Of a stretch of 64,000 bases of DNA, positions 48,642 to 58,198 are shown one piece after another. Under the pieces are notes generated by a model. It had not been told where the DNA came from and did no database searches. It saw only the letters and a program-made list of their open reading frames with translations. The stretch covers positions 288,001 to 352,000 of the forward strand of contig CAVVLJ010000020.1 of assembly GCA_963749075.1 (NCBI GenBank), given 5' to 3'. Each line of letters starts with the position of its first letter. The stretch's first letter is position 1. The position numbers and the translations under genes were made by a program. This DNA comes from an uncultured Pseudomonadota bacterium (GTDB lineage: Bacteria; Pseudomonadota; Alphaproteobacteria; JACZXZ01).

Positions 48642-49670
48642 TCACGCCCCCACGCGCCAGGTGGTGCCGTGGCGAAGGAGCGCGTTCATGTCGGCCTGGG
48701 GCTGCTGGCGCTTGGCCTCCTCGATCTGGGCGGCGACGAGGCCCTCGTAGGACGGTGCGGGATTGCAATAGAGCACGCCCAAGGCCACGGGGAACTCGGG
48801 CGGCTCCATCTGGGCCAGCATGAAGGCGGCCATGCGGTTGGTCTCGTCGTGGACGAGGAGCTCCGCTTCCGCGGCGCCGCCCTCGCCCAGGCGCACCACC
48901 TCGAGATCGAGCGTGCCCGGCTTGATGCGGATGCCCTTGTCGCGCGCCTTGCCGAAGATCATGGGCTTGCCGTGCTCGAGATGGAGCTGGTTGTCGGCCG
49001 CCGCCTCCTTCGCGGTGAAGTCGTCGAACACGCCGTCGTTGTAGATGATGCAGTTTTGGAAGATCTCGACGAAGCTGGCGCCCTTGTGCTCGTAGGCGCG
49101 CTTGAGCACGACCGGCAGATGGTGCTGGAGGGTGTCGACCGAGCGCGCCACGAAGCGGCCGCCTGCGCCGAGGGCGAACTGCGTCGCCGACACCGGGTTG
49201 TCGACCGAGCCCATGGGCGTGGAGGGCGAGCGCGTGCCGGGCCGCGAGGTCGGCGAATACTGCCCCTTGGTCAGACCGTAGATCGCGTTGTTGAAGAGCA
49301 GTATCTGCAGGTCGACGTTGCGGCGGAGCGCGTGCAGCGTGTGGTTGCCGCCGATCGACAGCATGTCGCCGTCGCCGCCGATCACCCACACGTCGAGTGC
49401 GGGATTGCTGAGCTTGACGCCGGTCGCGATCGCCGGCGCGCGGCCGTGGATGGTGTGGAAGCCGTAGCTCGCGATGTAGTAGGGGAAGCGCGCGGCGCAG
49501 CCGATGCCGGAGACGAACACCGTGCTCTCGCGCCTGGCGCCGATGTCGGCGAGCGTCTTGGTCACCGCCTTGATGATGGCGTAGTCGCCGCAGCCCGGGC
49601 ACCAGCGCACCTCCTGGTCGGAGGCGTAGTCCTTGGGTGCCAGTTTCTCGGGCGGGGTCGCGATGTTCAT
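48642..49670 (-). CDS. korB: 2-oxoacid:ferredoxin oxidoreductase beta subunit
   Basis: WCPGCGD, SGIGC, HGRA, GDGD..N TPP motif. Confidence 0.92.
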   Translation of the reverse strand: MNIATPPEKLAPKDYASDQEVRWCPGCGDYAIIKAVTKTLADIGARRESTVFVSGIGCAARFPYYIASYGFHTIHGRAPAIATGVKLSNPALDVWVIGGDGDMLSIGGNHTLHALRRNVDLQILLFNNAIYGLTKGQYSPTSRPGTRSPSTPMGSVDNPVSATQFALGAGGRFVARSVDTLQHHLPVVLKRAYEHKGASFVEIFQNCIIYNDGVFDDFTAKEAAADNQLHLEHGKPMIFGKARDKGIRIKPGTLDLEVVRLGEGGAAEAELLVHDETNRMAAFMLAQMEPPEFPVALGVLYCNPAPSYEGLVAAQIEEAKRQQPQADMNALLRHGTTWRVGA

Positions 49671-49671
49671 G

Positions 49672-51546
49672 TCAAGCCTCCAGGCGGGCGCGCACGGCGT
49701 CCTCGATCTCGGCGATCTTGAAGGGCTGGCCGGTTACCTTGTTGAGCCCCTCGGCCGGCACCAGATAGCGGCTGCGGATGAGGGTCAGGAGCTGGCCGTT
49801 GTTCATCTCGGGGATCAGCACCTTCTCGAAGCCCTTGAGCAGCTCCCCGAGATTGGCCGGCAGCGGCCAGATGTAGCGCAGGTGGATGTGGGAGACGGCG
49901 AGGCCCCGGCCGCGCATCTTGTCGACGGCGCGGCCGATCGGCCCGAAGGTCGAGCCCCAGCCAAGCACGGCAAGGCGGCCCACGGTACCGCCGTCCTCGG
50001 TCGTCTGCGGCGGGATGTCGTTGGCGATGCCGTCGATCTTGGCGGCGCGCGCCAGCGTCATCTTCTGGTGATTGTCGGCGTCGTAGGAGATGTTGCCGCT
50101 CACGTAGTCCCGCTCGATGCCGCCGATGCGGTGCTCGAGCGCGGGCGTGCCGGGCCTCACCCAGGGGCGCGCCAGGGTCGCCTCGTCGCGGAGGTAGGGA
50201 TGGAAGCCCGCGGGCTCGGTGCGGAAGTGCACCGGGAAAGGCCTGTAGGCCGTCACGTCGGGAATCTTCCAGGGCTCGGCCGCGTTGGCGAGATAGCCGT
50301 CGGTGAGCACGATGACCGGAGTCATGTACTTGCTCGCGATGCGCACCGCCTCGATCGCCGTCTCGAAGCAGTCGGCCGAGGAGCGCGCGGCGAGCACCGC
50401 CAGCGGCGCATCCGCATTGCGCCCGAAGACCGCCTGGTAGAGGTCTGACTGCTCGGTCTTGGTCGGCATGCCGGTCGAGGGGCCTGCGCGCTGGGAGTTG
50501 ATGAGCACGAGCGGCAGCTCGGCGCCGATGGCGAGGCCGAGCGCCTCGGTCTTGAGCGCCACCCCGGGCCCCGAGCTCGAGGTGACGCCCATGGCGCCGG
50601 CATAGGAGGCGCCGATGGCGGCGCCGATCGCGGCGATCTCGTCCTCGGCCTGGAAGGTCAGCACGCCGAAATGCTTGAGTGCTGCGAGCGTGTGGAGCAC
50701 GGCCGAGGCCGGCGTGATGGGGTAGGAGCAGAAGACGAGCGGCAGCGAGGCCAGCTGGCAGCCGGCGACGAGGCCCCAGGCCATGGCCTCGGTGCCGGTC
50801 ACCGTGCGGTAGAGGCCGGGCTCGAGATGCGCGGGCGGCACGCTGAAGGCGGGTAGCGCCGACGGCATCTCCGCCGTCTCGCCGAAGGCATGGCCGGCAT
50901 TGAGCGCTGCAACGTTGGCGTCTGCCACCAGCGGCAGCTTCTGGAAGCGGCGCTTCAAGTACTCGACGGTCGGCTGGCGCTTGCGCCCGTACATCCAGTA
51001 GAGCAGGCCGAGCGCCCACATGTTCTTGCAGCGCAGCGCTTCCTTTTGCGAAATCTCGAGCCCCTTGACCGCCTCGAGCGTCAAGCGCGAGATATCGATC
51101 TCGATCACCCGGTAGGCGCTGAACGAGCCGTCCTTGCGCGGATCGGCCTTGAAGCCGGCCTTGGCGAAATTGCGCTCGGTGAAGGCGCCGGAATTGACGA
51201 TGAGGATGCCGCCGCGCTTGAGGTCGCTCAAATGCACCTTGAGTGCCGCCGGGTTGAGCGCCACCAGCACGTCCGGCGCGTCGCCCGAGGTGCGGATATG
51301 GCGCGCGCCGAAGTTGATCTGGAAGGACGACACCCCGAAGGTCGTGCCGATCGGCGCCCTGATCTCGGCCGGGAAGTCGGGGAAGGTCGCGAGATCGTTG
51401 CCCGCGAAGGCCGTCGTCTGGGCGAACTGGCTGCCGGTCAGCTGGATGCCGTCGCCCGAATCGCCGGCAATGCGCATGACGACCGATTCGAGGGTCTCGC
51501 GTTGCTCCTCGTGAGGCTGCTCAGTACGAAGCGCATTCAAGGACAT
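49672..51546 (-). CDS. korA: 2-oxoacid:ferredoxin oxidoreductase alpha (gamma-alpha fused) subunit
   Basis: AGDSGDG, YPITPAS, QAEDEIAA, SGPG, EMNNGQL. Confidence 0.92.
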   Translation of the reverse strand: MSLNALRTEQPHEEQRETLESVVMRIAGDSGDGIQLTGSQFAQTTAFAGNDLATFPDFPAEIRAPIGTTFGVSSFQINFGARHIRTSGDAPDVLVALNPAALKVHLSDLKRGGILIVNSGAFTERNFAKAGFKADPRKDGSFSAYRVIEIDISRLTLEAVKGLEISQKEALRCKNMWALGLLYWMYGRKRQPTVEYLKRRFQKLPLVADANVAALNAGHAFGETAEMPSALPAFSVPPAHLEPGLYRTVTGTEAMAWGLVAGCQLASLPLVFCSYPITPASAVLHTLAALKHFGVLTFQAEDEIAAIGAAIGASYAGAMGVTSSSGPGVALKTEALGLAIGAELPLVLINSQRAGPSTGMPTKTEQSDLYQAVFGRNADAPLAVLAARSSADCFETAIEAVRIASKYMTPVIVLTDGYLANAAEPWKIPDVTAYRPFPVHFRTEPAGFHPYLRDEATLARPWVRPGTPALEHRIGGIERDYVSGNISYDADNHQKMTLARAAKIDGIANDIPPQTTEDGGTVGRLAVLGWGSTFGPIGRAVDKMRGRGLAVSHIHLRYIWPLPANLGELLKGFEKVLIPEMNNGQLLTLIRSRYLVPAEGLNKVTGQPFKIAEIEDAVRARLEA

Positions 51547-51625
51547 GGCGTTTCCTACCCGTTTCTTCGGCCGCGGGCGACGAATTTGCGCCGCGGCCCC
51601 GGCGCTGTCATCCTAAATATCCCTC

Positions 51626-51642
51626 ATTGGAATGATTTCAAT
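51626..51642. promoter_or_regulatory. ICE (Irr)-like palindrome upstream of korA
   Basis: ATTGGAA-TGA-TTTCAAT inside a 9-3-9 inverted repeat. Confidence 0.4.
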
Positions 51643-51730
51643 GAAGGAGTGCGGGATGGCCGCGCGATGAGGGGGGATATAAGACGGCCGCAGTGCGAGC
51701 GCCAGTGGCGCTCTCCGTGACGCCCGCGGC

Positions 51731-52612
51731 CTAGCGCGTCGGCACCGGCTTTTCGCCGCCGTAGTCGTAGAAGCCGCGCCCGGTCTTGCGGCCGAGCCAG
51801 CCGGCCTCGACGTACTTCACGAGGAGCGGGCAGGGCCGGTATTTGCTGTCCGAGAGCCCCTCGTAGAGCACGTGCATGACGGCGAGGCAGGTATCGAGGC
51901 CGATGAAGTCGGCGAGCTCGAGCGGCCCCATCGGATGGTGCGCGCCTAATCGCATTGCCACGTCGACGGCCTCGACCGAGCCCACGCCCTCGTAGAGCGC
52001 ATAGACCGCCTCGTTGATCATCGGCAGCAAGATGCGATTGACGATGAAGGCGGGGAAATCCTCGGCATTGGCCGGCGTCTTGCCCAGGCGGATGGCGAGC
52101 TCGCGGATCGTCTTGAAGGTGTCCTCCGCCGTCGCCAGGCCGCGGATGAGCTCGACGAGCTCCATCACCGGCACCGGGTTCATGAAATGCATGCCCATGA
52201 ACTTGGCGGGCCGGTCGGTGAGCGAGGCGAGGCGGGTGATGGAAATCGACGAGGTGTTGGAGGCGATGAGCGCGTCCTTGCCGAGGACCGGGCAGAGCGC
52301 CTTGAGGATCGAGCTCTTGACGCTCAGATTCTCCGAGGCGGATTCGATGACCAGGTCGCAATCGCCGAACTGCTCGTAGCCGGTGCCGCATTTGATGCGC
52401 GCGACCGCGGCCTTCTGCTGCGCCTCGCTGATCATGCCGCGCCCGACCTGGCGGCGCATGTTGCGCTCGATGATGCCGAGCGCCTTGTCGAGCGCCTCCT
52501 GGCTCACGTCGCCGAGGCGGACCTCGATGCCCGCGAGTGCCGCCACATGGGCGATGCCGTTGCCCATCTGGCCGGCGCCGATGACGCCTATCCTGTCGAT
52601 CGCCAAGATCAC
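51731..52612 (-). CDS. hbd: 3-hydroxybutyryl-CoA dehydrogenase
   Basis: GAGQMG, SNTSS, GMHFMNP, HPMGPL, GRKTGRGFY. Confidence 0.95.
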   Translation of the reverse strand: MILAIDRIGVIGAGQMGNGIAHVAALAGIEVRLGDVSQEALDKALGIIERNMRRQVGRGMISEAQQKAAVARIKCGTGYEQFGDCDLVIESASENLSVKSSILKALCPVLGKDALIASNTSSISITRLASLTDRPAKFMGMHFMNPVPVMELVELIRGLATAEDTFKTIRELAIRLGKTPANAEDFPAFIVNRILLPMINEAVYALYEGVGSVEAVDVAMRLGAHHPMGPLELADFIGLDTCLAVMHVLYEGLSDSKYRPCPLLVKYVEAGWLGRKTGRGFYDYGGEKPVPTR

Positions 52613-52639
52613 TCTCCACGCTTGGGCACGGCGGCGTCC

Positions 52640-53578
52640 TCAGCCCGCCTTGCCGAGCTCGGCCTCGAGCTCGGGCAGCGCCTTGAACAGATCCGCGACC
52701 AGCCCGTAATCCGCCACCTGGAAGATCGGCGCTTCCTCGTCCTTGTTGATCGCCACGATGACCTTCGAATCCTTCATGCCGGCCAGGTGCTGGATGGCGC
52801 CCGAGATGCCGACGGCGATGTAGAGGTCGGGCGCCACGATCTTCCCCGTTTGCCCGACCTGGTAGTCGTTGGGCACGAAGCCCGCGTCGACCGCGGCCCG
52901 GCTGGCGCCGACCGCGGCTCCGAGCTTGTCGGCGATGCGCTCCAGCATGGCGAAGTTGTCGCCCGACTGCATGCCGCGGCCGCCCGAGATGACGATGCGC
53001 GCGCTGGTGAGCTCGGGCCGCTCGGACTTGCTGAGCGCCTGACCCACGAACGTCGAGAGGCCGCTCTCGGGCGGCGGCTCGACGCTCTCGATCGGAGCCG
53101 CGCCGCCTTCGGCGGCGACCGGATCGAAGCCGGTCGCGCGCACGGTGATGATCTTGACCGCGTCCGTCGACTGCACGGTGGCGAGCGCGTTCCCGGCATA
53201 GATCGGCCGCACGAAGGTGTCGGGCGAGACGACCGCGGTGATCTCGGAGATCTGCTGGCAGTCGAGGAGGGCCGCCGCGCGCGGCATGGCGTTCTTGGCC
53301 GAGGTGTCGGCCGCCGCCAGCACGTGGCTGTAGGAGGGGGCGAGCTTGGCGATGAGGGGGGCCAGGTTCTCGGCCAGGCCATGGGCGAGATGCGGCGCTT
53401 CGGCGAGCAGCACCTTGGCGACGCCGGCGATCTTGGCGGCTGCCTCGGCCGCCGCCTTGCAGCCGCTTCCGGCCACCAGGACGACGACGTCGCCTAACGG
53501 CTTCGCCGCGGCGACGGCGTTGAGCGTCGCCGGCTTGATCGCCGCGTTGTCGTGGGCGGCAAGGACGAGCACGCTCAT
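52640..53578 (-). CDS. etfA: electron transfer flavoprotein alpha subunit
   Basis: [23 protein letters not shown]. Confidence 0.97.
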   Translation of the reverse strand: MSVLVLAAHDNAAIKPATLNAVAAAKPLGDVVVLVAGSGCKAAAEAAAKIAGVAKVLLAEAPHLAHGLAENLAPLIAKLAPSYSHVLAAADTSAKNAMPRAAALLDCQQISEITAVVSPDTFVRPIYAGNALATVQSTDAVKIITVRATGFDPVAAEGGAAPIESVEPPPESGLSTFVGQALSKSERPELTSARIVISGGRGMQSGDNFAMLERIADKLGAAVGASRAAVDAGFVPNDYQVGQTGKIVAPDLYIAVGISGAIQHLAGMKDSKVIVAINKDEEAPIFQVADYGLVADLFKALPELEAELGKAG

Positions 53579-54327
53579 CAGATCACCTTGGCTTCCTGCT
53601 TGAGCTTCTGCACCAGCTCGGCCACGTCCTTGACCTTGACGCCGGCGTTGCGCTTGCCGGGCTCCTCGACCTTGAGCGTCTTAAGACGCGGGCTCACGTC
53701 GACGCCGAGCTCCGCGGGCGTCGCCTTGTCGATCGGCTTCTTCTTCGCCTTCATGATGTTGGGCAGCGAGGCGTAGCGCGGCTCGTTCAGCCGCAGATCG
53801 GTGGTGACCACGGCCGGCAGCTTGAGCAGCACCGTCTCGAGGCCGCCGTCGACCTCGCGCGTCACCTCGAGCTTGTCGTCCTTGAAGACGAGCTTGGAGG
53901 CGAAGGTGCCCTGCGGCCAGCCGAGGAGGCCCGCCAGCATCTGGCCGGTCTGGTTGCTGTCGTCGTCGATCGCCTGCTTGCCGAGAATGACGAGGCCGGG
54001 GCTCTCCTTGGCGGCGAGCGCCCTGAAGAGCTTGGCGGCGGCGAGCGGCTGCACCTCCTCGTTCGCCTCCACGTGGATGCCGCGGTCGGCGCCCATGGCG
54101 AGTGCCGTGCGGATCGTCTCCTGGCATTGGGCGGGGCCGATCGAGACGGCGACCACCTCGCTCGCCTGACCCGCCTCCCTGAGGCGCACGGCCTCCTCGA
54201 CGCCGATCTCGTCGAAGGGGTTCATGGACATCTTGACGTTGGCCGTCTCGACGCCCGAGTGGTCGGCCTTGACGCGGATCTTGACGTTGAAGTCGACGAC
54301 GCGTTTGACCGCAACCAGAACCTTCAT
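53578..54327 (-). CDS. etfB: electron transfer flavoprotein beta subunit
   Basis: [24 protein letters not shown]. Confidence 0.97.
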   Translation of the reverse strand: MKVLVAVKRVVDFNVKIRVKADHSGVETANVKMSMNPFDEIGVEEAVRLREAGQASEVVAVSIGPAQCQETIRTALAMGADRGIHVEANEEVQPLAAAKLFRALAAKESPGLVILGKQAIDDDSNQTGQMLAGLLGWPQGTFASKLVFKDDKLEVTREVDGGLETVLLKLPAVVTTDLRLNEPRYASLPNIMKAKKKPIDKATPAELGVDVSPRLKTLKVEEPGKRNAGVKVKDVAELVQKLKQEAKVI

Positions 54328-54530
54328 CGTGCTGCCTTTGCTGCGAACGGCCCACCCGCCCGCCGGTCCGACCTCCGACCGGGGCTCGCTTGTTTAGGGG
54401 ACCGAGGGGTGCCTGTCAAGCAAGCGCCCGCGGCATTAAGCGGCGGAAATCGGGAGGAAATCCGCCGCCGGTTCGCAGCGGAAAGCTAGGCCGCGCCGCG
54501 GCCGCAGTCAATCGCGCGGCGCGCGCTCCG

Positions 54531-55094
54531 CTAGCGGTTGCCGCCGGGGATCCACAGCACGTCCTTCCTGCCGCGCTCGTTCGCGTGGCGCGCCAGCACG
54601 AAGAGGTGGTCCGATAGGCGGTTCAAGTAACGGAGTGCAGCGCCATTGACCGGCTCCGCCGCCGCGAGCGCCGCGGTCAAGCGCTCGGCGCGGCGCACGA
54701 TGGCGCGCGCGAGGTGGAGATGGGCCGCGGCAGGAGTGCCGCCCGGGAGGACGAAGGAATCGAGCGGCGCCAGCTCGGCGTTGAGCGCGTCGATCTCGCG
54801 CTCGAGCCGTGCCACCTGGGCCTCCGCGATGCGCAGCGCCTTCTCCTCGCGGGCACCGCCCGAGGGCGTGCAAAGATCGGCGCCGAGATCGAAGAGGTCG
54901 TTCTGGATGCGCGCCAGCATGGCGTCGGCCTCGCCCGCCGCGTGGAGGCGGGCCATGCCGATCGCACTGTTGGCCTCGTCGACCGAGCCGTAGGCGGCGA
55001 CGCGCGCCGCCTCCTTGGGCACGCGCGTGCCGTCGCCGAGCGAGGTCTCGCCCCGATCTCCGCCGCGCGTATAGATGCGGGTGAGCTTGACCAC
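54531..55094 (-). CDS. PduO-type cob(I)alamin adenosyltransferase
   Basis: IYTRGGDRG, QNDLFDLG, RRAER, LNRLSD. Confidence 0.93.
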   Translation of the reverse strand: MVKLTRIYTRGGDRGETSLGDGTRVPKEAARVAAYGSVDEANSAIGMARLHAAGEADAMLARIQNDLFDLGADLCTPSGGAREEKALRIAEAQVARLEREIDALNAELAPLDSFVLPGGTPAAAHLHLARAIVRRAERLTAALAAAEPVNGAALRYLNRLSDHLFVLARHANERGRKDVLWIPGGNR

Positions 55095-55106
55095 GGCGGC
55101 GCGGCC

Positions 55107-55319
55107 TCAGCTCGGGTGGCGGAAGAACAGCATGAAGATGGCGAAGAGGATGAGGGCGAGGGCCTGGAGCGCCACGCGCAGCCGCATGAGCTTGTTGGCA
55201 TATTTGCGGTTGAACTCGCCGCCCCGGAACATCGAGCCGACGCCGAGCAGCAGCACCACGAGCACCGCCGCCATGGCGATGCCGACGAGATAGGGGAAGA
55301 GCCTTTCCATCGCCGTCAT
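55107..55319 (-). CDS. twin-transmembrane-helix small protein (HIG1-like)
   Basis: Two TM helices flanking NKLMRLRVALQ. Confidence 0.85.
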   Translation of the reverse strand: MTAMERLFPYLVGIAMAAVLVVLLLGVGSMFRGGEFNRKYANKLMRLRVALQALALILFAIFMLFFRHPS

Positions 55320-55458
55320 ATACCCCTTGGCGGCGGCGCCACCAACGATTTTAAGGATGCCGGCCGGCGGCACTGGTATTCCGGCGCCGGCGGCCTTACA
55401 TCAGGCTGGCGGCGCCGCAGCGTGGTCTTGCGCGCGGCACGGGGAGAGCGGGAGGACC

Positions 55459-55908
55459 ATGGCGCGCGTCATCGGCATCGACCACCTGGTGATCCGGGTC
55501 GCCGACCTGGCGCGCTCGAAGCGCTTCTACAAGTCGGTGCTCGGCACCCTCGGCTTCGAGCTCAAATACGAATTCGATCGCAGCGCCGGCTGGAGCAACG
55601 GCAAGACGCTCTTCTGGATCGGCGAGGCCGACCGCGAGGGCAAGCGCCATCCGCACCGCATCGGCAACATCGGCTTCCATCACTATGCCTTCGAGCTTTC
55701 CGCGCGCAAGGACGTGGACGAGCTCTATGCCTGCCTGAAGCGGATCAAGGCCACCGTCGTCGATCCCCCGGCCGACTATCCCCATTACGGCAAGGGCTAT
55801 TACGCCGTCTTCTTTCTCGATCCCGACGGGCTTAAGCTCGAGGGCATGGTCTGTCCGAAGGTGCCGCCGAAGAAAAAGACGAAGGCGAAGGTGAAGCGAA
55901 CGGCGTGA
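55459..55908 (+). CDS. VOC/glyoxalase family protein
   Basis: IDHL, GFHHYAF, YYAVFFLDPDG.KLE; GGAGG RBS. Confidence 0.88.
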   Translation: MARVIGIDHLVIRVADLARSKRFYKSVLGTLGFELKYEFDRSAGWSNGKTLFWIGEADREGKRHPHRIGNIGFHHYAFELSARKDVDELYACLKRIKATVVDPPADYPHYGKGYYAVFFLDPDGLKLEGMVCPKVPPKKKTKAKVKRTA

Positions 55909-55950
55909 GCGCCGCGTGAGACTGGTTGAAACGGCAAGGAGTGCACGGCA

Positions 55951-56349
55951 ATGTCAGCGATTCCCGAGAAATTCCGCGACCTCCTCGAGACGAAGAAAGC
56001 CTTCGCGCACTTGGCGACGGTGATGCCGGACGGCTCGCCGCAGGTGACGCCGGTCTGGCTCGACTTCAAGGACGGCGCCATCCGCGTGAACTCGGCCAAG
56101 GGGCGGGTCAAGTCGCGCAACATGAAGGAAGGCTCGCGGGTGGCGCTCTCCATCCTCGATCCGGACGATCCCTATCGCTACATCCAGGTGCGCGGCCGCG
56201 TGCGCCGCGTGACCGAGGAAGGGGCGGCCGCGCACATCGACTCGCTCGCCAAGAAATATCTCGGCAAGGACAAATATCCCTACGCCCAGCCGGGCGAGGT
56301 GCGTCTCATGTTCGAGATCGAGCCCACCTCGGCGTCGGTGATGGGCTGA
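55951..56349 (+). CDS. PPOX-class (pyridoxamine 5'-phosphate oxidase-like) oxidoreductase
   Basis: AHLAT..DGSPQVTPVW, K.RN, LAKKY; AAGGAG RBS. Confidence 0.85.
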   Translation: MSAIPEKFRDLLETKKAFAHLATVMPDGSPQVTPVWLDFKDGAIRVNSAKGRVKSRNMKEGSRVALSILDPDDPYRYIQVRGRVRRVTEEGAAAHIDSLAKKYLGKDKYPYAQPGEVRLMFEIEPTSASVMG

Positions 56350-56390
56350 GGCGCGCGCGGCGGCATGCCTTACGTGGGCGGGCCGCCGCC

Positions 56391-57137
56391 TCAATCCGCA
56401 GGCACGAGCGGCGGCAGCACGGCGCCGATCTCCTCGTGGAGGACGAGATCGGCAAGCGCGTCCTGCTCGGTCGGCTCGCGGTTGACGATGACGAGGCGGG
56501 CGCCGTTCCGCTTGGCGAGGAGCGGAAAGCCCGCCGCCGGATGGACCACGAGCGAGGAGCCGAGCACGAGGAAGAGGTCGCAGGCCTGCGTCTCCTCTTC
56601 GGCGCGCGCCATGGGGCGCTGCGGCATGGCTTGGCCGAAGGAGATGGTCGCCGTCTTGACGAGGCCCGAGCACTCGCGGCAGAGCGGGATCTCGCCGCGG
56701 CCGAGGAAGCTCTGCTTCAGCACGCTAAGCTCGTGGCGCAGCCCACAATCGAGGCAGGTGGCGTAGCTGGCGTTGCCGTGGAGCTCGATTAGGCACTCCG
56801 CCGGCACGCCCAACTCCTGGTGCAGGTTGTCGACGTTCTGGGTGATCACGGCGGCGGCCTTGCCGCGGGCTATGAGGCGCGCCACCGCGTAGTGGCCGGC
56901 GTTCGGCTTGGCGCCCGTCCAACCCGCGGCACCCGAGAAGACGCGGTTCCAGGCCTCGCGCCGCATCTCCTCGCTGGCGACGAACTCCTGGAAATAGATC
57001 GGCCGCATGCGGCTCCACACGCCGCCGGGGCTCCTGAAATCGGGGATGCCGGACTCGGTCGAGATGCCGGCGCCGGTGAAGACGACCGCGCGCCGCGATT
57101 CTCCGATGAGCTCGGCCAAGCGTTCCCGCTGCGACAT
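56391..57137 (-). CDS. Sir2-family NAD-dependent deacylase
   Basis: GAGISTESGIPDFR, TQNVD, HG, two CxxC, GSSL, NRE. Confidence 0.93.
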   Translation of the reverse strand: MSQRERLAELIGESRRAVVFTGAGISTESGIPDFRSPGGVWSRMRPIYFQEFVASEEMRREAWNRVFSGAAGWTGAKPNAGHYAVARLIARGKAAAVITQNVDNLHQELGVPAECLIELHGNASYATCLDCGLRHELSVLKQSFLGRGEIPLCRECSGLVKTATISFGQAMPQRPMARAEEETQACDLFLVLGSSLVVHPAAGFPLLAKRNGARLVIVNREPTEQDALADLVLHEEIGAVLPPLVPAD

Positions 57138-57205
57138 GCGCCATGATAACCCGGGAGCATGACGGCAGCGCAAGGGCGCGGGACGCCGAGGGAGAAGGCA
57201 AGAGA

Positions 57206-57350
57206 TCCCTCTCCCGTTTACGGGAGAGGGAAGGGGCCCATCCCGAAGGGATGGGAAGGGTGAGGGAAGGCCCGATGTCGGCGTCGTCCCTCACCCTCCC
57301 ACGGCCTTGCGGCCGCGGGCCCCCCCTCTCCCGCTTGCGGGAGAGGGGGA
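57206..57350. repeat. RIME-like composite palindrome
   Basis: CCCTCTCCCG..CGGGAGAGGG arms; shares AAGGGGCCCATCCCGAAGGGATGGGAAGG with 63378-63528. Confidence 0.8.
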
Positions 57351-57362
57351 CTGCGTCGCGGC

Positions 57363-57653
57363 TCAGCGCAGGTTGAAGCGAAAATCGTTCCGTTTTCTCT
57401 CCGCCTCTCGGAGGACCGCGGCGAGGCGCTCGAAGTCCTGACCGAGCGCCGCGCGCGAGGCCGCGGCGTCCGCCCACTCGAGCTCGAGCGGGCCCGCCAC
57501 GTCGCCGGTGAGCGCGTCGTAGAGCGCGTCGAGGTTGCGGCCGAAGTGGGCGGGGAGGGCGAGGGCCTTCGCCAGCGCATCATAGGCGTCGTCGAGCGAG
57601 CGGACCGCGGCGCCCTCGATGCGCACGCGGCGCGGCGCCGCGGCCTCGCTCAC
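57363..57653 (-). CDS. barstar-family ribonuclease inhibitor
   Basis: LPAHFGRNLDALYDALT; GTGA overlap with the RNase gene. Confidence 0.92.
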   Translation of the reverse strand: MSEAAAPRRVRIEGAAVRSLDDAYDALAKALALPAHFGRNLDALYDALTGDVAGPLELEWADAAASRAALGQDFERLAAVLREAERKRNDFRFNLR

Positions 57654-58180
57654 TCCGCCTCCGGCAGCTCGAAGAAGTGCCGGTAATGGTCGACGGTCAC
57701 CCATTGCAGCCAGGTGCCCTCGCCGCGGTCCACATAGATGAGCCGGTCGGCGCCGCGGTGCCCGCCCGCGTAATCCAGATCCGCCTCCCGGTAGCGGCCG
57801 TCATATTGGGCGGGAAGCCGCTGCTCGCGGTTGCCGAAGCGGTCGCCGCCGATGGCGGCGCCGGGTGCTACGCGCCAGAGGTCCCCGCCGGGCCGCCAGC
57901 CCTTGGCCTCGGCCGCGCGCTTGGCGAGATAGCAGCCGGGGAGCCGGCCCGTGCGGTGGAGCGTGTTGGCGACCGCGACGAAGGCGTCGACCTCTCTGAG
58001 GCCGAGGTCGCGGGCGAGGTTCTTGAGCGACTGGTCCTGCGGGCCGGGCCGTGCGTCGGCGAGGCCGCAGACGGTCGGCTGCGCGGCGCGCGCGGGTGCC
58101 GCGGGTAGTGCTGCGAGTGCTGCGAGCAGCGCCGCGGCAGAGAGGACGGCGCGCATCGCACGCGATACATATCGTATCAT
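57650..58180 (-). CDS. secreted barnase-like ribonuclease
   Basis: Signal peptide; IGGDRFGNRE, YREADLDY, HRGADRLIY, DHY. Confidence 0.92.
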   Translation of the reverse strand: MIRYVSRAMRAVLSAAALLAALAALPAAPARAAQPTVCGLADARPGPQDQSLKNLARDLGLREVDAFVAVANTLHRTGRLPGCYLAKRAAEAKGWRPGGDLWRVAPGAAIGGDRFGNREQRLPAQYDGRYREADLDYAGGHRGADRLIYVDRGEGTWLQWVTVDHYRHFFELPEAE

Positions 58181-58198
58181 AGGGCCTCCGGCAGAGCG

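Noticed and set aside
55951-56349. Evidence for F420 metabolism
   Set aside because: This split-barrel family also binds FMN or heme, and no F420 synthesis genes are in the window
56391-58180. Sir2 next to an RNase as an anti-phage system
   Set aside because: The sirtuin is a canonical zinc-binding deacylase, is separated by a repeat element, and the RNase is secreted
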